Shown: positions 13,196 to 27,329, counted from the first letter of the stretch. The stretch is 64,000 nt of DNA from Eledone cirrhosa (GCA_964016885.1 OZ024751.1:25358001-25422000); one strand, 5' to 3'. Translations and numbers: made by a program. The notes: a model not told the origin generated them from the letters alone.

Positions 13196-13631
13196 AATAC
13201 GCCATACACCACCACCCACTACAATCTATGACCCGCACCACCAACTAATCCCCCCCCCCACACACACACACACTTACACTACAAGCAAAAACATCCCTCT
13301 GGATTAACCCACCAATCAAAACAAATCTCACTGACCAGCATAGGAACATCAGACTTTCTTGTACGCCATATATAATCTTTTTTTCATTACCACTAAAAGG
13401 GGTCTGACGAGCCGTAGATTATAGAGTCGGGCTAGATCGATACAGATCAAACTTTGAGCTGATCGGTGACGAAACGCGCCTCACCAACCAATAAACGTAA
13501 TGAATTAGTAACCACTCGTCCTTGTTTTATACTACACTCTGTCTAGCTCTACACCTCGACACTAAAGTGAACCTAAACATCGAGTACTCACCCGGATGAA
13601 CCTACATTAATTCCTCGTTACACTCCCTGGA
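13195..13631 (+). mobile_element. PLE 3' end with long-helix-II HHR (13398-13486), ending at (TA)n (family C)
   Basis: ggggt-CTGACGA-gccg...cggtgac-GAAA-cgcgcc-TC-acc; second copy at about 36830-37316. Confidence 0.7.
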
Positions 13632-13644
13632 TATATATATATAT

Positions 13645-13829
13645 ATTGTTATACTTGGGGAGGGTCATATTTGTGTAATATTGCCAGAATTAATAACAGA
13701 ACACACTCACTGTTATTAATGTTATTAATTCTGGCAATATTACACAAATATGACCCTCCCCAAGTATAACAATATTTGTTTCGACACACGATTTCATATA
13801 AAAAACTTCGCAAAACTAATTCATCGCCG

Positions 13830-13832
<3 letters not shown>
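13645..13832. mobile_element. Fold-back fragment between (TA)n tracts (family D)
   Basis: Inverted arms about 13645-13700 and 13716-13774; homologous to 51170-51265 and 51935-52145. Confidence 0.65.
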
Positions 13833-13906
<74 letters not shown>

Positions 13907-13936
13907 AAAGAATAGAGGTGTAACACACAAGTTATT

Positions 13937-14182
13937 ATATATTGGTAAACGGAATAGAAAATGCTGACAAATTGTTCACAGTTGAAAAATGGTTTAATTA
14001 GGAATAAAAGAGTATTAGTGATTGTATGGGTTAGTATTCAGTTGTGGTTTTAAGTTTTTAAAAACTTAAAACCACAACTGAATACTAACCCATACAATCA
14101 CTAATACTCTTTTATTCCTAATTAAACCATTTTTCAACTGTGAACAATTTGTCAGCATTTTCTATTCCGTTTACCAATATAT
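13937..14182. repeat. Perfect loopless palindrome, about 120-bp arms
   Basis: Axis at 14059/14060 (aagttttt|aaaaactt); flanked by TA tracts. Confidence 0.9.
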
Positions 14183-14839
14183 ATATGTATATATATAATA
14201 TAGTAGTGTGAGAAACAACATTGACATAAAAATCTCGCAAATGTTCACCTATTTCGTTATACTAGCTTTTCCTACAGGCGCGAGTTACCCCACCCTTAAC
14301 TATGAACGAAACGACGTGATTTCTCTAATCTAGGCTATGAGTGATATTACACGATCGAATTTTGGGGAATGACAGTTGCACGAGATTCCAAGCAGTGGGA
14401 TCACACCTAGGACCTAATGTTTGCCAAGCGAACCTCTTAACCATTCTGCCATGCTCTATCTACAATAATTTATAAATATCCCTTAAAATGTTTAATTTAT
14501 CGAACACTCTTCGGTATATTGTTTTGAGAATACATTCATTTAATATTTTTGAGAGATAATAAGGATTTCTAATTTAAGTTCAAAATCAGCAAATTGTGGG
14601 AAGAGAGAAAGTTGATTTAATCAACCCCAGTAAGTGACTGGTACTTTCTTTTATCGATCCAGGACGGATGAAATGCAAGGAGAGACCTCGGCGGGATTTG
14701 AATGTAGAAGACGCTCTAGCGATACTGCCAATCCACAGTCTTTTTTAAAAATAATAATGGCTTCTGGTTTAGACACAAGGCCAACAATATGGGGGTAAGG
14801 AGAAAGTCGATTATTGATACTTTAATTTATCGACCACGT

Positions 14840-14962
14840 AAACGGCTTCAGCTCTGCTGTCGGGGTCTAGAACATTTTCCTATTACCCATTCTACTACCC
14901 TAAGTATTGAGTACTCTGGCGCGTTATGGTCCACCTGGTTCCTTACTACACTTCCCTAGTTA
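14840..14962 (+). mobile_element. Family E 3' fragment ending at (TA)n
   Basis: Homologous to 18278-18400, 20466-20586 and 49280-49400. Confidence 0.75.
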
Positions 14963-15447
14963 TATATATTTATATATATATTGTTAGATTCATATATTGA
15001 TACAAATAGAGAGATACAGACAGCTAGATAGATAGTCAGATAGGTAGATAGTTAGAGAGAGAGAGAGAGAGAGATTTATAATTACAATCTAAAGATTTGT
15101 TTTAAAGAATCTTAACCAAAGGTCGATTCATATGAAGCTGAATTAGTCTAAATTGTTCCTTCCGTTGTTGGTATAGTAGTTATGAATGGAGGCCTTGCAT
15201 TTCGGCTGGTCACAGGGTCAAAGTTTATAACCATAGTTCCGATTTAGTCTTTGCTGAACAATAAATACAATTTACCATCTCCCCACTATGAAACACACAC
15301 ACACACACACACGCGCGCACACACACATATATATTTACATGTTTATATATATAAATACCTCTCCAGTAAAGATGGGTTTTCTTTATTTACTATCTCATTT
15401 CTTTGTGGCAGAAGTAGGCGGTGGTTGTTTGCTAAGAATTGCCCACT

Positions 15448-15563
15448 ATGTCACCAACAGCATCGGATTACCGTTTCAAATTCATTCTTTACTCGTCTTG
15501 GATTTTAAACTTGGTTTATGGTCAAGATTCTACCTTAAACAACTTTGATACTTTAACAGGAAG
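15448..15563 (+). CDS. ATG27/CD-M6PR-like membrane protein, exon 1 (signal peptide-like)
   Basis: ATG at 15448, MSPTASDYRFKFILYSSWILNLVYG|QDST.., donor |gtatgt, phase 2 matches the next exon. Confidence 0.65.
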
Positions 15564-17867
15564 GTATGTCGAATAAGGATTTCCATTTCTTTTTTTTTTT
15601 TTATTATTATTTAAGCTTCTTTGTCACTTTTATTTTATTTTATTTTTGGGCTTCTACAGAATATAATCACTCCTCCATGATAAATCCATGTAAATACAAC
15701 AATTATATAATCCAAACTAATTTATTGCAATTTTCGGATTAGCTTTTAGAGGCAGGGTTTATGGTTATGAGTTTGGGTTAATTCAATCAATTTCCTATAA
15801 GTGATTCCAGCGGTATCAACAGAAAACAGAAACACTAAGTTTATTTTTTTTTTCTACGGAAGGTTTAGAAAATCTTTTGATGTAAATATCTGAATATAAT
15901 GAATGCTCAGAAAAAAGTATTTATCGTGGGGCGGGGCGCAGATGGCACTATACTGCAAAGGCACTTATTGTGTTATTTGTAAGTTGTTGATTTTTATCGC
16001 AAGGTCAGCCATGATGCGAGCCGACATATAGTAAACAAATATATTCCATTCCTCCATTGATATCACGCTTAAAAATTAATTTAAAAACATTTTCTGACAA
16101 AGTTCACCTCGGTCGTTGTGTCCAACGTATTCTTTCGTCTAAGGAAGAAGGATGTGTTTTCAGGAAATTTTCACTCGTATTTCTAGCAAGTTGAGAAGAT
16201 CCCTCCACCTCTTATGCCGGCTTGCAGTTCATAAAGGGGGAAATAGTGACGTCGGGATAAATCGTTAGGGCGTCGGACAAATTGATAAAGTGAAATTTAT
16301 ATGGAAGTCTATTCCATGATGCACACGTACACACACACTAATACACATGCCAAACCTGCCAACCTCTAAAAACCCAAACGGAGAGTACAATGAAGAAAGG
16401 TGCCCCAAAACGAAGAAATGAGGCAAAATGGGGAGATTTTTACATAATGAAAGCTATACTTTTTTTCACAAGAGACGACATCTCTGAAAGTGGGTGGGAG
16501 ATTTCACCGTCCGACGGAGAGATGACAGGTCTGCATATATATATATATATATACATACATACATAATTACATTAAATACGCACGCACATATACCTATAAA
16601 GACTTCTAAATTCAATGATATCATATATTCCCCGAAACTGTACTATCTTAGACACCCGAGAACTTCCGACAATTCAATTCTAAAGCTAGGACGGTTAAAG
16701 TTCAATTCGGTAATGTCCCACATCTTTACACATGTCATTTCATTTGTTTTCATTCTTTATTTATGTTCTATGCCGATCGTTATAAACACTTGTTTATTCT
16801 ATAAGAAAACCTTAATATAAACTTAAAAGCAGGTGTAAGCCAAGCACAAGGCCTCTAGCTGAAGGAGTTCCGTATTAACGACTCGTTTCATCTTTTTCGA
16901 TTCCATTACTTTACCTGATTAATGCCTTTCTAGACACACAATACCCCGATAGGATTTGAAATAAAATATCTGACATTGGCCAACAGTGAAAATAGAGAAA
17001 CTTGTGTTATTCTTGTTGTTGTCCTTATTGTAGGTGGTGAATAGGCAGAGTCGATAAATCGTTGGATAGAATGCTTTGTGGCGTTTGTTTCAGTCCTCTG
17101 TGATACGAGTTCAAATCCCGCCGAGGTTAACTTTGCCTTTCATCAATTCGAGGTCGATAAATAAAAGTATCAGTCTAATACTGGCGTTGATTCTTCCATG
17201 TGTCTCTCTCACCTCCTTCCTCTCTCACTTTCTATCCTTCTCTGGAAGAAATCTGCTGTATTCAGATATGGAGCGGAGATGAGCTCCGCCAGGTTTAAGT
17301 AGAAGAAAAACATGTTCTAGAAACGCAGCGCCCTTACGACTCCCGCAGGGGTCACGGGAAAACGATAACGATCCCTATTATCAGTTATTTGAGGAGGAGT
17401 GGTTAGTGTGATGTTTCCAGACCCTATTTCTATGCTGGAAAGAGAGAGCTCACCGAGGTCTCATAATGACATAGCCCTAATAGCAATCGCCGAATTTTAT
17501 TTTGTTCAACCATATGTTACATGAGCATAGCTGGTCTCACTTGGGGATCCAGCCGGATCAGTTTGAGACGGTTGCGCTTTTGAGAGAACCCCCTGGAAGG
17601 AATGTGTGAGGATTCTATCCCATGGCCCTCAGAGGAACAAGTGTGCGAAGAAGCGATGTCGTTGTGGAATGAAATGGTAAGAAAGTGTATGCGTGTATAT
17701 GAGCGAGAAAGGTATATATTGTTTACGTCAGTTTATGTATTGTAGATGGAGTACTCAATACATATATATATAGTGCTTCTCTTCCCCTTGGTTTATCTAC
17801 TGTATGTGATGTAGAATACAATAATTTATACATAGTGCTGTTGTTTGTGTTGACTTATTTATTGTAG

Positions 17868-17986
17868 GTTATGGTTATATAATAGTGACATGGCTTGTCC
17901 TACCAATGTAAGCAGTTCCAGTTTTCTTGCAAGGCATCCAGGGTATATAAATTCTACAGAACATCGTCCGAACGCGACCATCAATG
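17868..17986 (+). CDS. ATG27/CD-M6PR-like, exon 2
   Basis: attgtag| and |gtttgt; phase 2 to 1; LWLYNSDMACPTNVSS..NSTEHRPNATIN with N-glycosylation sequons. Confidence 0.7.
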
Positions 17987-18015
17987 GTTTGTTGTTTTAT
18001 ATATATATATATATA

Positions 18016-18200
18016 ATTGTTTCTACTTTTGGCACAAGGCCAGCAATTACCCAGTGTATTACTGGTACTTTATTTTATCGACCCCGTAAGGATGAAAGGC
18101 AAAGTTAACCTCGGCGGGATTTGAACTCAGAATGGCAAGGGCCGTAACTCTATGCGTCAAAGCATGACGTCCGAGCCTCTACCGATACTGCCAATCCACC
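18016..18200 (-). mobile_element. SINE family 1, full length
   Basis: Reverse complement of the family consensus. Confidence 0.85.
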
Positions 18201-18204
18201 ATAT

Positions 18205-18400
18205 AATAGGAACCAGTAAGACCCCGACGGCTGAGCTCAAGCCGTTTCGACGGCTAATTCAGTCCAGAATTAGCCGTCGAAACGGCTTGAGCTCAGCCGT
18301 CGGGGTCTTACTGGTTCCTATTACCCACTCTACTACCCCAAGTATTGAGTAATTTGGTGCGTTATGGTCCACCTGGTTCCTTACCACATTTCCTTCGTTA
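18205..18400 (+). mobile_element. Family E element with fold-back through HHR helix II
   Basis: Inverted repeat 18205-18322; 3' half-HHR GAAA-cggcttgagctcagccg-TC-ggggtc. Confidence 0.75.
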
Positions 18401-18419
18401 TATATATATATGTATGTGT

Positions 18420-18460
<41 letters not shown>

Positions 18461-18600
18461 AAACCAGACTACGACGCCAGCCGGGTTTGAGTCTACACCT
18501 TTTCTTGACTTATTCTGCATCTCCTCCCTATGTATTACTCCAATGATTTGTGGTCCCCCGATCTCCCCACCACAGACTATATATATATATAATCTGTTCG

Positions 18601-18721
<121 letters not shown>

Positions 18722-19026
18722 GGCCCTTCTCATCGACAAAACCTTTAGATCGTTGAACAAAATGATTTGTGGTTTTTGTTTCGCCCCTTTACGTACCTTC
18801 AAATCTTGTCGGTATCAACTTTGCCTTTCATCCTTCTGGGGGTTGATCGAAATATGTATTGGTATTGATATAATCGATTTCCCCTCCAAACAACTTGCTG
18901 GCCCTGTTCCTAAATTAGAAACAATTATTATTATTAAAATAACTCATTGTTATTGTTATATTATTGTTTATTTCCCCGTTCTTTTAATCGATAAACCACT
19001 CTTGTTGTTGTTTTTCTCTTTGTAAT

Positions 19027-19378
19027 GTCTGAGTTCAAATGACGCCCAGGTTAGCTTTGCCTTTCATCCTTATGGGGTCGATAAAATAAAGTACCAGTAA
19101 TATACTGGTAAATTGCTGGCCTTGTGCCAAAAGTAGAAACAATTATTATTATTAATATTAGAGGGCGGTGGATTGGTAGAACCGGTAGAGCGTCGGACAA
19201 CATGTTTAACAGCATAGTTATGGCCCTTTACGTTCTGAGTTCAAATCTTACCGAGACTAGCTATGCCTTTCATGCTTACGGGGTCGATAAATAAAAGCAC
19301 TAGTGATGTACTGGCTTCGATTTAATCGACTTTCTCCCCCTCCCTAAATTGCTGGCGTCGTGCCTATACTAGAAACCA
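19027..19378 (+). mobile_element. SINE family 1, two tandem copies
   Basis: Core repeated at about 19055 and 19262. Confidence 0.8.
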
Positions 19379-19402
19379 TTATTGTTATATTGTGATTCTC
19401 AG

Positions 19403-19584
19403 ATGCCAGTATATGGGTGAAGTTGCCTCAGAAGGATGTGTTATTCTACAGCAATGTACCTTCCACGTTCCATATTAATTTCCTGTGCAATCCTTCAGTG
19501 AAATCACCAATTGAAAAATGTCCAGTTGGCAATTGTCTAGTGTTGACTACAACACAGCTTGATGATGAGAAGCGTTCGTCATAC
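19403..19584 (+). CDS. ATG27/CD-M6PR-like, exon 3
   Basis: ttctcag| and |gtaagt; phase 1 to 0; open frame ..FHINFLCNPS..KCPVGNCLVL.. Confidence 0.75.
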
Positions 19585-20331
19585 GTAAGTATTTTATGAA
19601 CAACTCATATTTATTCAGACCATCTCTCAAACTTAAACCCTTTCACTTGTACACACGCATGCCGGCTAATTTACACGCACGCGCCTTCATCATAATGCTC
19701 ATACGCGCTGTCACACTCATGCTCTCACACGCGTCTTCACATGCACACTCACGTGCACATAAACACATGCATGCCCACATACATACACACATTGTCCCAC
19801 TAACTCAAACATCCCACATTCTATTCCACCATCACACATTCTCCCCGAGAAACATTCACACGCACACATGTTTCCTTCAATATAAACATCATTATATATG
19901 TATTTCCTACTAAAAATTGTTTAGCATTTAATAAATATTTAAAAAAGGTTTTTACCAACCTTTTAAAGATATTTATGGACATTGTTTATTTAACATTTTA
20001 TAAATACTTACTGATGTTCTTTACAAACATTGTTTCTTATCATACAAGATTGGTTTTTAGCGTTATATAAATGTTTATAGAGTAGTGATTATTATATATA
20101 TATAAATATATTATATTAACGCACGCACGCACGCACGCGCACACGTTGTGATGAAGAGACGGATCTACAGGTTTTACGAAGGTCTGATGCTACATGAGTA
20201 TAGATTTGGACACTGACGAAGTGACTCACTCAGATGATATATATATGTTAGTGTGTGTATGTGTATACATATGTATGTATATATGTGTGTGTATATATAT
20301 ATATATATATATAAATGTGTGTGTTTACTCT

Positions 20332-20368
<37 letters not shown>

Positions 20369-20374
<6 letters not shown>

Positions 20375-20584
20375 AAAAGTATGACCCCGACGGCAGAGCT
20401 CAAGCCTTTTCTACGGCTATTTCTGGACTAAATTAGACTTCTAATTTAGTCCAGAAATAGCCGTCGAAACGGCTTGAGCTCTGCCGTCGGGGTCATACTT
20501 TTTCCTATAACCCACTTTACTACCCTAAGTATTGAGTACTCTGGTGCGTTATGGTCCATCTGTTTCCTTACCACAACTCCTTCG

Positions 20585-20586
<2 letters not shown>
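20369..20586 (+). mobile_element. Family E element with fold-back, between (TA)n tracts
   Basis: Inverted repeat about 20369-20508; same tail as the 18205 copy. Confidence 0.75.
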
Positions 20587-20623
<37 letters not shown>

Positions 20624-20690
20624 CACATACATACACACACACTGTTTTGTCTGTGATTCTTTCATTATTTTCCTGCTATTTATTTTCTAG

Positions 20691-20836
20691 AATATAATTA
20701 ACATTACATCTGCTGATTCTTGCAATTATTCGAAGTGGCTGTCGCTTGGAATCGTCCCGAAGCTATGTTTAAGTCTTCCACCACGAGACACAAATTCACA
20801 CTCTAGCGGAACTCTGTTGATTTTTATCATAACAGT
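20691..20836 (+). CDS. ATG27/CD-M6PR-like, exon 4
   Basis: ttttctag| and |gtaaga; phase 0 to 2; NIINITSADSC..SSGTLLIFIIT, the start of the TM helix. Confidence 0.75.
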
Positions 20837-22059
20837 GTAAGAATATTTATGAATTTAATCCAGAAATATTTTTTCCATCTCTTTGTCATTGTTATAATTA
20901 CTATTGAATCAGTTCAGCAGTTCGCCTGGTAGTAAGGTTGTTGGACTTAAGATCCTAATGTCATTGGTTCGATTCCTGGACTGTGTTGCATGTTGTGTTC
21001 CTAACCAAAAACACTTCATTTCTCGTTGCTCTAGTTAACTCAGCTGAAAATAAGTACCAGCAATAGCTGGGGTTTTAACCCTGCGATGTATTGGCGTTCT
21101 GTCGAGAGGGAAGACTTGTGCCACGAAACTGAGATCAGCATCTGCCTAACAAGCCTCCTGGCTTGAGACAGTCTTCAACCCTGTGATGGAGGGTGTCCTG
21201 TCCAGGGGGCAGTTATGTATTCTCCGTCGCTTCATACCATGCACCGTGATAAACACCGACTCAACGCACTGCTCGTACGAGGGTATGACTGCAGTTCATC
21301 TAACTGTGCTTGAGCAATACCCATGGTTTTCAGTACAGAGCTGGCTGTCAGGGAACTATTCTCCCTAGCCTAGGTTCTAACTACATACCTGCCATCTTGC
21401 TGACTATTTACGTTAGACCTGATCAAGTATTCATGAGATCAAACAAGTTTATTCACTACCGCTCCATTTTCTTGTGTATCTCTTTCGGGTTTTGTTATTG
21501 TTGTTGTTGCTTTTAATACGCTCGGACTGGATTTAACGTATAATCAGTTCCTATTTCTAGCAACTTGGGTGACGTCCTCGAAGCTTTCCAGGTTGAAAAT
21601 GAGATTGCGTAGATATATAATTGCTTATAGTTTAGGTACAAGGCAAGACATTTTGGTGGTGGGAAACGTCGATGAAATCGACCCCAGTTCGATACTGGTA
21701 CTTTATTTTATCGACCCCAGTTCGATACACCTACTTTATTTTATTGACCCCGAAATGATGAAAGGCAAAACTAACATCGGCGTCATTTCAACTCTGAAGG
21801 GAAACGGCCGTAAATTTGGTCACAACGCATTTTGTCCGACGCTCTACCGACACTGCCAAAAAACCTCCATAGATTAAGTACATATATAATTGTTTCTACT
21901 TTTGGCACAAGCGAGCAATTATCCCAGTGTATTACTGGTACTTTATTTTATCGACCCCGTAAGGATGAAAGGCAAAGTTAACCTCGGCGGGATTTGAACT
22001 ATGTACGCCTGAATTTGTTCTGTTTGCTTTATCTACTTTCTTCCTTCTTTTTATTCCAG

Positions 22060-22171
22060 ACTTATAACAATTGTATTACTTTATTTCCTCTGTGGTACGT
22101 GTTGTAATTATATATCTGGTTTACGTGGTACTGATTCCATCCCACATATCAATTGTCTCAGTCAAGTAGGC
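22060..22171 (+). CDS. ATG27/CD-M6PR-like, exon 5 (TM and juxtamembrane)
   Basis: Long pyrimidine tract ttccag| and |gtaagt; LITIVLLYFLCGTCCNYISGLRGTDSIPH fits the family pattern Y...G..YN...G.RG.E.IP[HN]. Confidence 0.82.
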
Positions 22172-22290
22172 GTAAGTACATTATTCTATGTTCGGTATTA
22201 TTAACTAACTTTACCCAATGTAAATCACCAACGTATAATGTAACTTGTTTCATTATTTAATCTTGTTTGACCAACGGTTAAAAATATGTC

Positions 22291-22334
22291 TATCAAAGGT
22301 CTTTCGTTGCACAACTGCAACATAATCAGTGCTA
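22291..22334 (-). ncRNA. Degenerate minimal hammerhead
   Basis: tagca-CTGATtA-t-gttgca gttg tgcaac-GAAA-gacc-TT-tgata. Confidence 0.45.
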
Positions 22335-22384
22335 CTGTTATGTTACCCCCTGTGTGTAGTGTATGTCTATGCCACTTTTATTTC

Positions 22385-22419
22385 ATATAATATATATATA
22401 TATATAATATATATTTATT

Positions 22420-22476
<57 letters not shown>

Positions 22477-22588
22477 ATTATATATATATAAATATTATAT
22501 ATATATATGTGTGTGTGTGTATATATTATATATATATAAATATTATATATATATGTGTGTGTGTATATATTATATATATATAAATATT

Positions 22589-22622
<34 letters not shown>

Positions 22623-22628
22623 AATATT

Positions 22629-22662
<34 letters not shown>

Positions 22663-23019
22663 AATATTATATATATATGTGTGTGTGTGTGTGTATATAT
22701 TATATATATATATAAATATTATATATATGTGTGGTGTGTGTATATATTATATATATAAATATTAAATATATGTGTGGTGTGTGTATATATTATATATATA
22801 TAAATATTAAATATATGTGTGTGGTGTGTGTATATATTATATATATATATAAATATTATATATGTGTGTGGTGTGTGTATATATTATATATATATATATA
22901 AATATTATATATGTGCATGGTGTGTGTATATATTATATATAAATATTATATATATATATATGTGTGTGTGTATAAATTATGTGTATATATTATATATAAA
23001 TATTATATATATATATGTG

Positions 23020-23064
<45 letters not shown>

Positions 23065-23081
23065 TTATATATATATATGTG

Positions 23082-23116
<35 letters not shown>

Positions 23117-23137
23117 AATATTATATATATATATGTG

Positions 23138-23172
<35 letters not shown>

Positions 23173-23193
23173 AATATTATATATATATATGTG

Positions 23194-23228
<35 letters not shown>

Positions 23229-23249
23229 AATATTATATATATATATGTG

Positions 23250-23282
<33 letters not shown>

Positions 23283-23325
23283 AATATTATATATATATAT
23301 GTGTGTGCGTGTATATATATATTAT
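22385..23325. repeat. AT/GT compound minisatellite
   Basis: Repeating taaatatta(ta)n(tg)ntatatatta unit. Confidence 0.9.
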
Positions 23326-23477
23326 ATCTGGTGTTTCTTGTAAACAGATTTTCGTTTCATTGCGGCATCACTAGCCTGTAACCACGTGTTTTGTTTTTCA
23401 ATTCAACACGCTGTTCACTCGCCTGCTTTTAAATTCCCCTCTGGCATCTTAGCGGTGCCATTTAGTTAACGTATGAA

Positions 23478-23555
23478 CACTACTGATGAACGACTCCAAC
23501 CGTGACTAACCCTACTGAAAAGTGTCGTGAAATAGTCTTTTAAGGCTATATAGTG
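23478..23555 (+). ncRNA. Complete type I hammerhead motif
   Basis: cacta-CTGATGA-acgac..gtcgt-GAAA-tagtctt tt aaggcta-TA-tagtg; all three helices pair; (TA)n about 35 nt downstream. Confidence 0.8.
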
Positions 23556-23588
23556 CATTTGGATTTTAGTCTTCAAATTTATTATTAT

Positions 23589-23638
<50 letters not shown>

Positions 23639-23713
23639 TTTATGAATTTAACATTTTCTATTGTTTGTCTGAAATTGTTATCCTTAATTTGATTTGTGTT
23701 TTCTCTTTTCTAG

Positions 23714-23785
23714 GAATGCCTACAAAACTTATGGTATAAAATAAAATGTTGCGACAAATACCGAGGCCCATATCAAGAAATATAA
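23714..23785 (+). CDS. ATG27/CD-M6PR-like, terminal exon ending in YQEI
   Basis: ttttctag| phase 0; ECLQNLWYKIKCCDKYRGPYQEI*, ending in a YxxPhi sorting motif. Total CDS 747 nt. Confidence 0.78.
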   Translation, partial: ECLQNLWYKIKCCDKYRGPYQEI

Positions 23786-23794
23786 AGACAAATG

Positions 23795-23828
<34 letters not shown>

Positions 23829-24599
23829 CCATGGACTCTCCTGTCCAGAATGATGGATGATTGGTGAGTTAAAAAGAGTGACAGATAGAGCACTAGATTT
23901 TATAAGAAATCTACGTAATAATATAATTAACAATAGTTGATGAATTAGACCAGAGTTAATTAAACAATAAATATGAATGAAATGGCAGTAGATGAGGAAA
24001 CTTGAGTGTTGTGTGTGCATACATATATATGAGGTAAACTGGTTCAAATACTGTGTCAGGATTATATTGGACCAAAGACTGTATTAAATAGAAAGTAAAA
24101 AATGAAGTGAAAATATAAAAACAAACTGAAAATTTCCCCATCCCTAGAAAAATTGATTTCTTGTTATATATAGATAATTGGCGCTTTAAATTGAATAAAT
24201 ATTCATTTATATATATATATACACTAATATATATATATACACTAATATATATATATATATACACTAATATATATATATATATACACTAATATATATATAT
24301 ATATACACTAATATATATATATATATCATCTTCATCATCATTATACGTCCGCTTTTCCATGCTTGCAAGGGTGGGGCGGGAACTGATTCTGGCTTGATTT
24401 CTACAGCTGGATGCCCTTCCTAACACCAACCCCATTTACAATGAGTGGTGGGTGCTTTTTTTTCCGTGGCACCTCCACGTCAGCTTTATAGTGTGGGCTG
24501 GGTGCTTTTTTGCCGTGGCACCTCCACGACCACTTTGCAGTGGAATGATAGGGACCCCAGTCCTATTATCTCATTTCTACAGCTGAGTAATATGAAATA

Positions 24600-25096
24600 A
24601 TATATATACTGATATATATGTATATATATATATGTGTATAAATACTGATATATATGTATATATATATATGTGTATAAATACTGATATATATGTATATATA
24701 TATATGTGTGTATAAATACTGATATATATGTATATATATGTGTATAAATACTGATATATATGTATATATATGTGTATAAATACTGATATATATGTATATA
24801 TATGTGTATAAATACTGATATATATGTATATATATATATGTGTATAAATACTGATATATATGTATATATATATATGTGTATAAATACTGATATATATGTA
24901 TATATATATATGTGTATAAATACTGATATATATGTATATATATATATGTATAAATACTAATATATATATATATATATATATGTATAAATACTAATATATA
25001 TATATATATATATATATATGTATAAATACTAATATATATATATATACATATATGTATAAATACTAATATATATATATATACATATATGTATAAATA

Positions 25097-25141
<45 letters not shown>

Positions 25142-25146
25142 AAATA

Positions 25147-25187
<41 letters not shown>

Positions 25188-25464
25188 AAATACTAATATA
25201 TATATATATATATACATATATGTATAAATACTAATATATATATATATATATATGTATAAATACTAATATATATATATATATATATATGTATAAATACTAA
25301 TATATATATATATATATATGTATAAATACTAATATATATATATATATATATGTATAAATACTAATATATATATATATATATATGTATAAATACTAATATA
25401 TATATATATATATATATGTATAAATACTAATATATATATATATATATATATATATGTATAAATA

Positions 25465-25501
<37 letters not shown>

Positions 25502-25506
25502 AAATA

Positions 25507-25543
<37 letters not shown>

Positions 25544-25548
25544 AAATA

Positions 25549-25591
<43 letters not shown>

Positions 25592-25596
25592 AAATA

Positions 25597-25641
<45 letters not shown>

Positions 25642-25649
25642 AAATACTA

Positions 25650-25690
<41 letters not shown>

Positions 25691-25745
25691 AAATACTGAT
25701 ATATATATGTGTAAATACTGATATATATATATATGTATATATATG
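24600..25745. repeat. Minisatellite gtataaatact[g/a]a(ta)n
   Basis: Dozens of units; g variant on the left, a variant further right. Confidence 0.9.
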
Positions 25746-27329
25746 GGCAATGTTGATGACATGGCCCTTTTCTGGTTAGATGGAGTATCAGGGAAGATAT
25801 TCCTACCCTGAAGGTATGACGGAATACTTCCAACAGCGTGGAATCCACTATAGGTAGCTAGGACTGGGGGTGGCAATGTTAAACCGCCAAAGGATTCCGT
25901 CCTCGAAGCAAGTGTAATTTTACCACTGAAAGATGTTTATAAAAGTACAACGTAGCTGAAGTTGAATTAATTAATGTAATGTTTGTCAAAATATTTAATA
26001 AAAAAATACTAATATGGTGAGATGAAAATATGAATTCAATGCATTAATATTTTTTTTTTTATGACTAGGATTTTTTTTCAAAACGCTGATGCGTATGTGT
26101 TTGTGTGTATATATGCTTATGTATACATTTATATCTATGAGAATATATATATACTAAGTCGAAACAAATGCGTCGCTATCTGGTAGATCGACATACTGTA
26201 AATAGCAATCAAGTCTTTCTTCAATCATGCTCTACTTTAAAATAATAAAGGGAGCAATTTAAAAAGTAGAATTAGAAGCAATACGAATATTAATCTATTT
26301 GGATGATCACGGGTGTAATAAATTTGAGAAAATGTCCACTGGATGAGGGCTAGCCTCGTGGGTAAACATCAACCACGAAAAGTGTTGGTCAACATCTTGG
26401 TGGCCTCAATCGTTGCAACATACGAGGTGGTTAACTAAGTAAATATGTATTTGTGGCTGTCTGCTTCATTAACGCTGGCTAAGAATGTAAATAACAACCA
26501 TGAAAACATGCTACTACCCACCCCACCCCATCGCCGGTGGCCTCAATCCTTCAAACATACGAAGTACTTAACTTCATCAAAAGCGTATTTACGGATGTCA
26601 ATTAATTTCTCCTGTTGAGAGTAGATTTTCAAATAAATCTCGACTTGGTAACATCCTGCTTAATGAGCCATTCTTATTTGGTTTGTTTGTTTTATATATT
26701 ATATTTACTGTGTTATAAGAAAGGTGGGTATTAGATGGAAAGCCTTACAGCATTTCTTCCAGCTCTCTGCTGTTACAAATTTCAAATTCCACCGAGGTCA
26801 ATTTTACCTTCCATCCTTTTGAAGTTGATAAAACAATAACAGTCCTATACTGTGGACGGTTCGTCCTTTGTATCTCTTTCTCCCTTCCCATCTTCTCTCT
26901 CTCTCTGCCCATCTTCTCTCAGCCAACCTTCTCTCCCTCTCTCTCTCCTTGTAAGAAACAAGGTATAAACTATGCTTTACGACAGGATTAATATCCTAAA
27001 GCGAAGACGGGTCTATACATACATACATATGTTGCTTAAATAAAATCTTTAGTGAAGACGCGTGTCTTGATGATTGGAAGGTAAAGTCGTGAGATCGATT
27101 CCCAGCGGTGTGTTCTGTCCTTTAGTCAAACAATTTATTCCACGTTGATCCAGTCTACATGGCTGGAAGAAATGAGTTGCAACAGTAAGGCAAAAGATGA
27201 GCCCAAGTCACTAAGTCGTTAATATACGTAGTCGAAACAGACGCTAGTTCAACACATAAACGCAAACCTGACTGTATTTTATTTTTCACCTGTGAACGAA
27301 CATATGGCAGGGTGGAAACGACGTATGTA

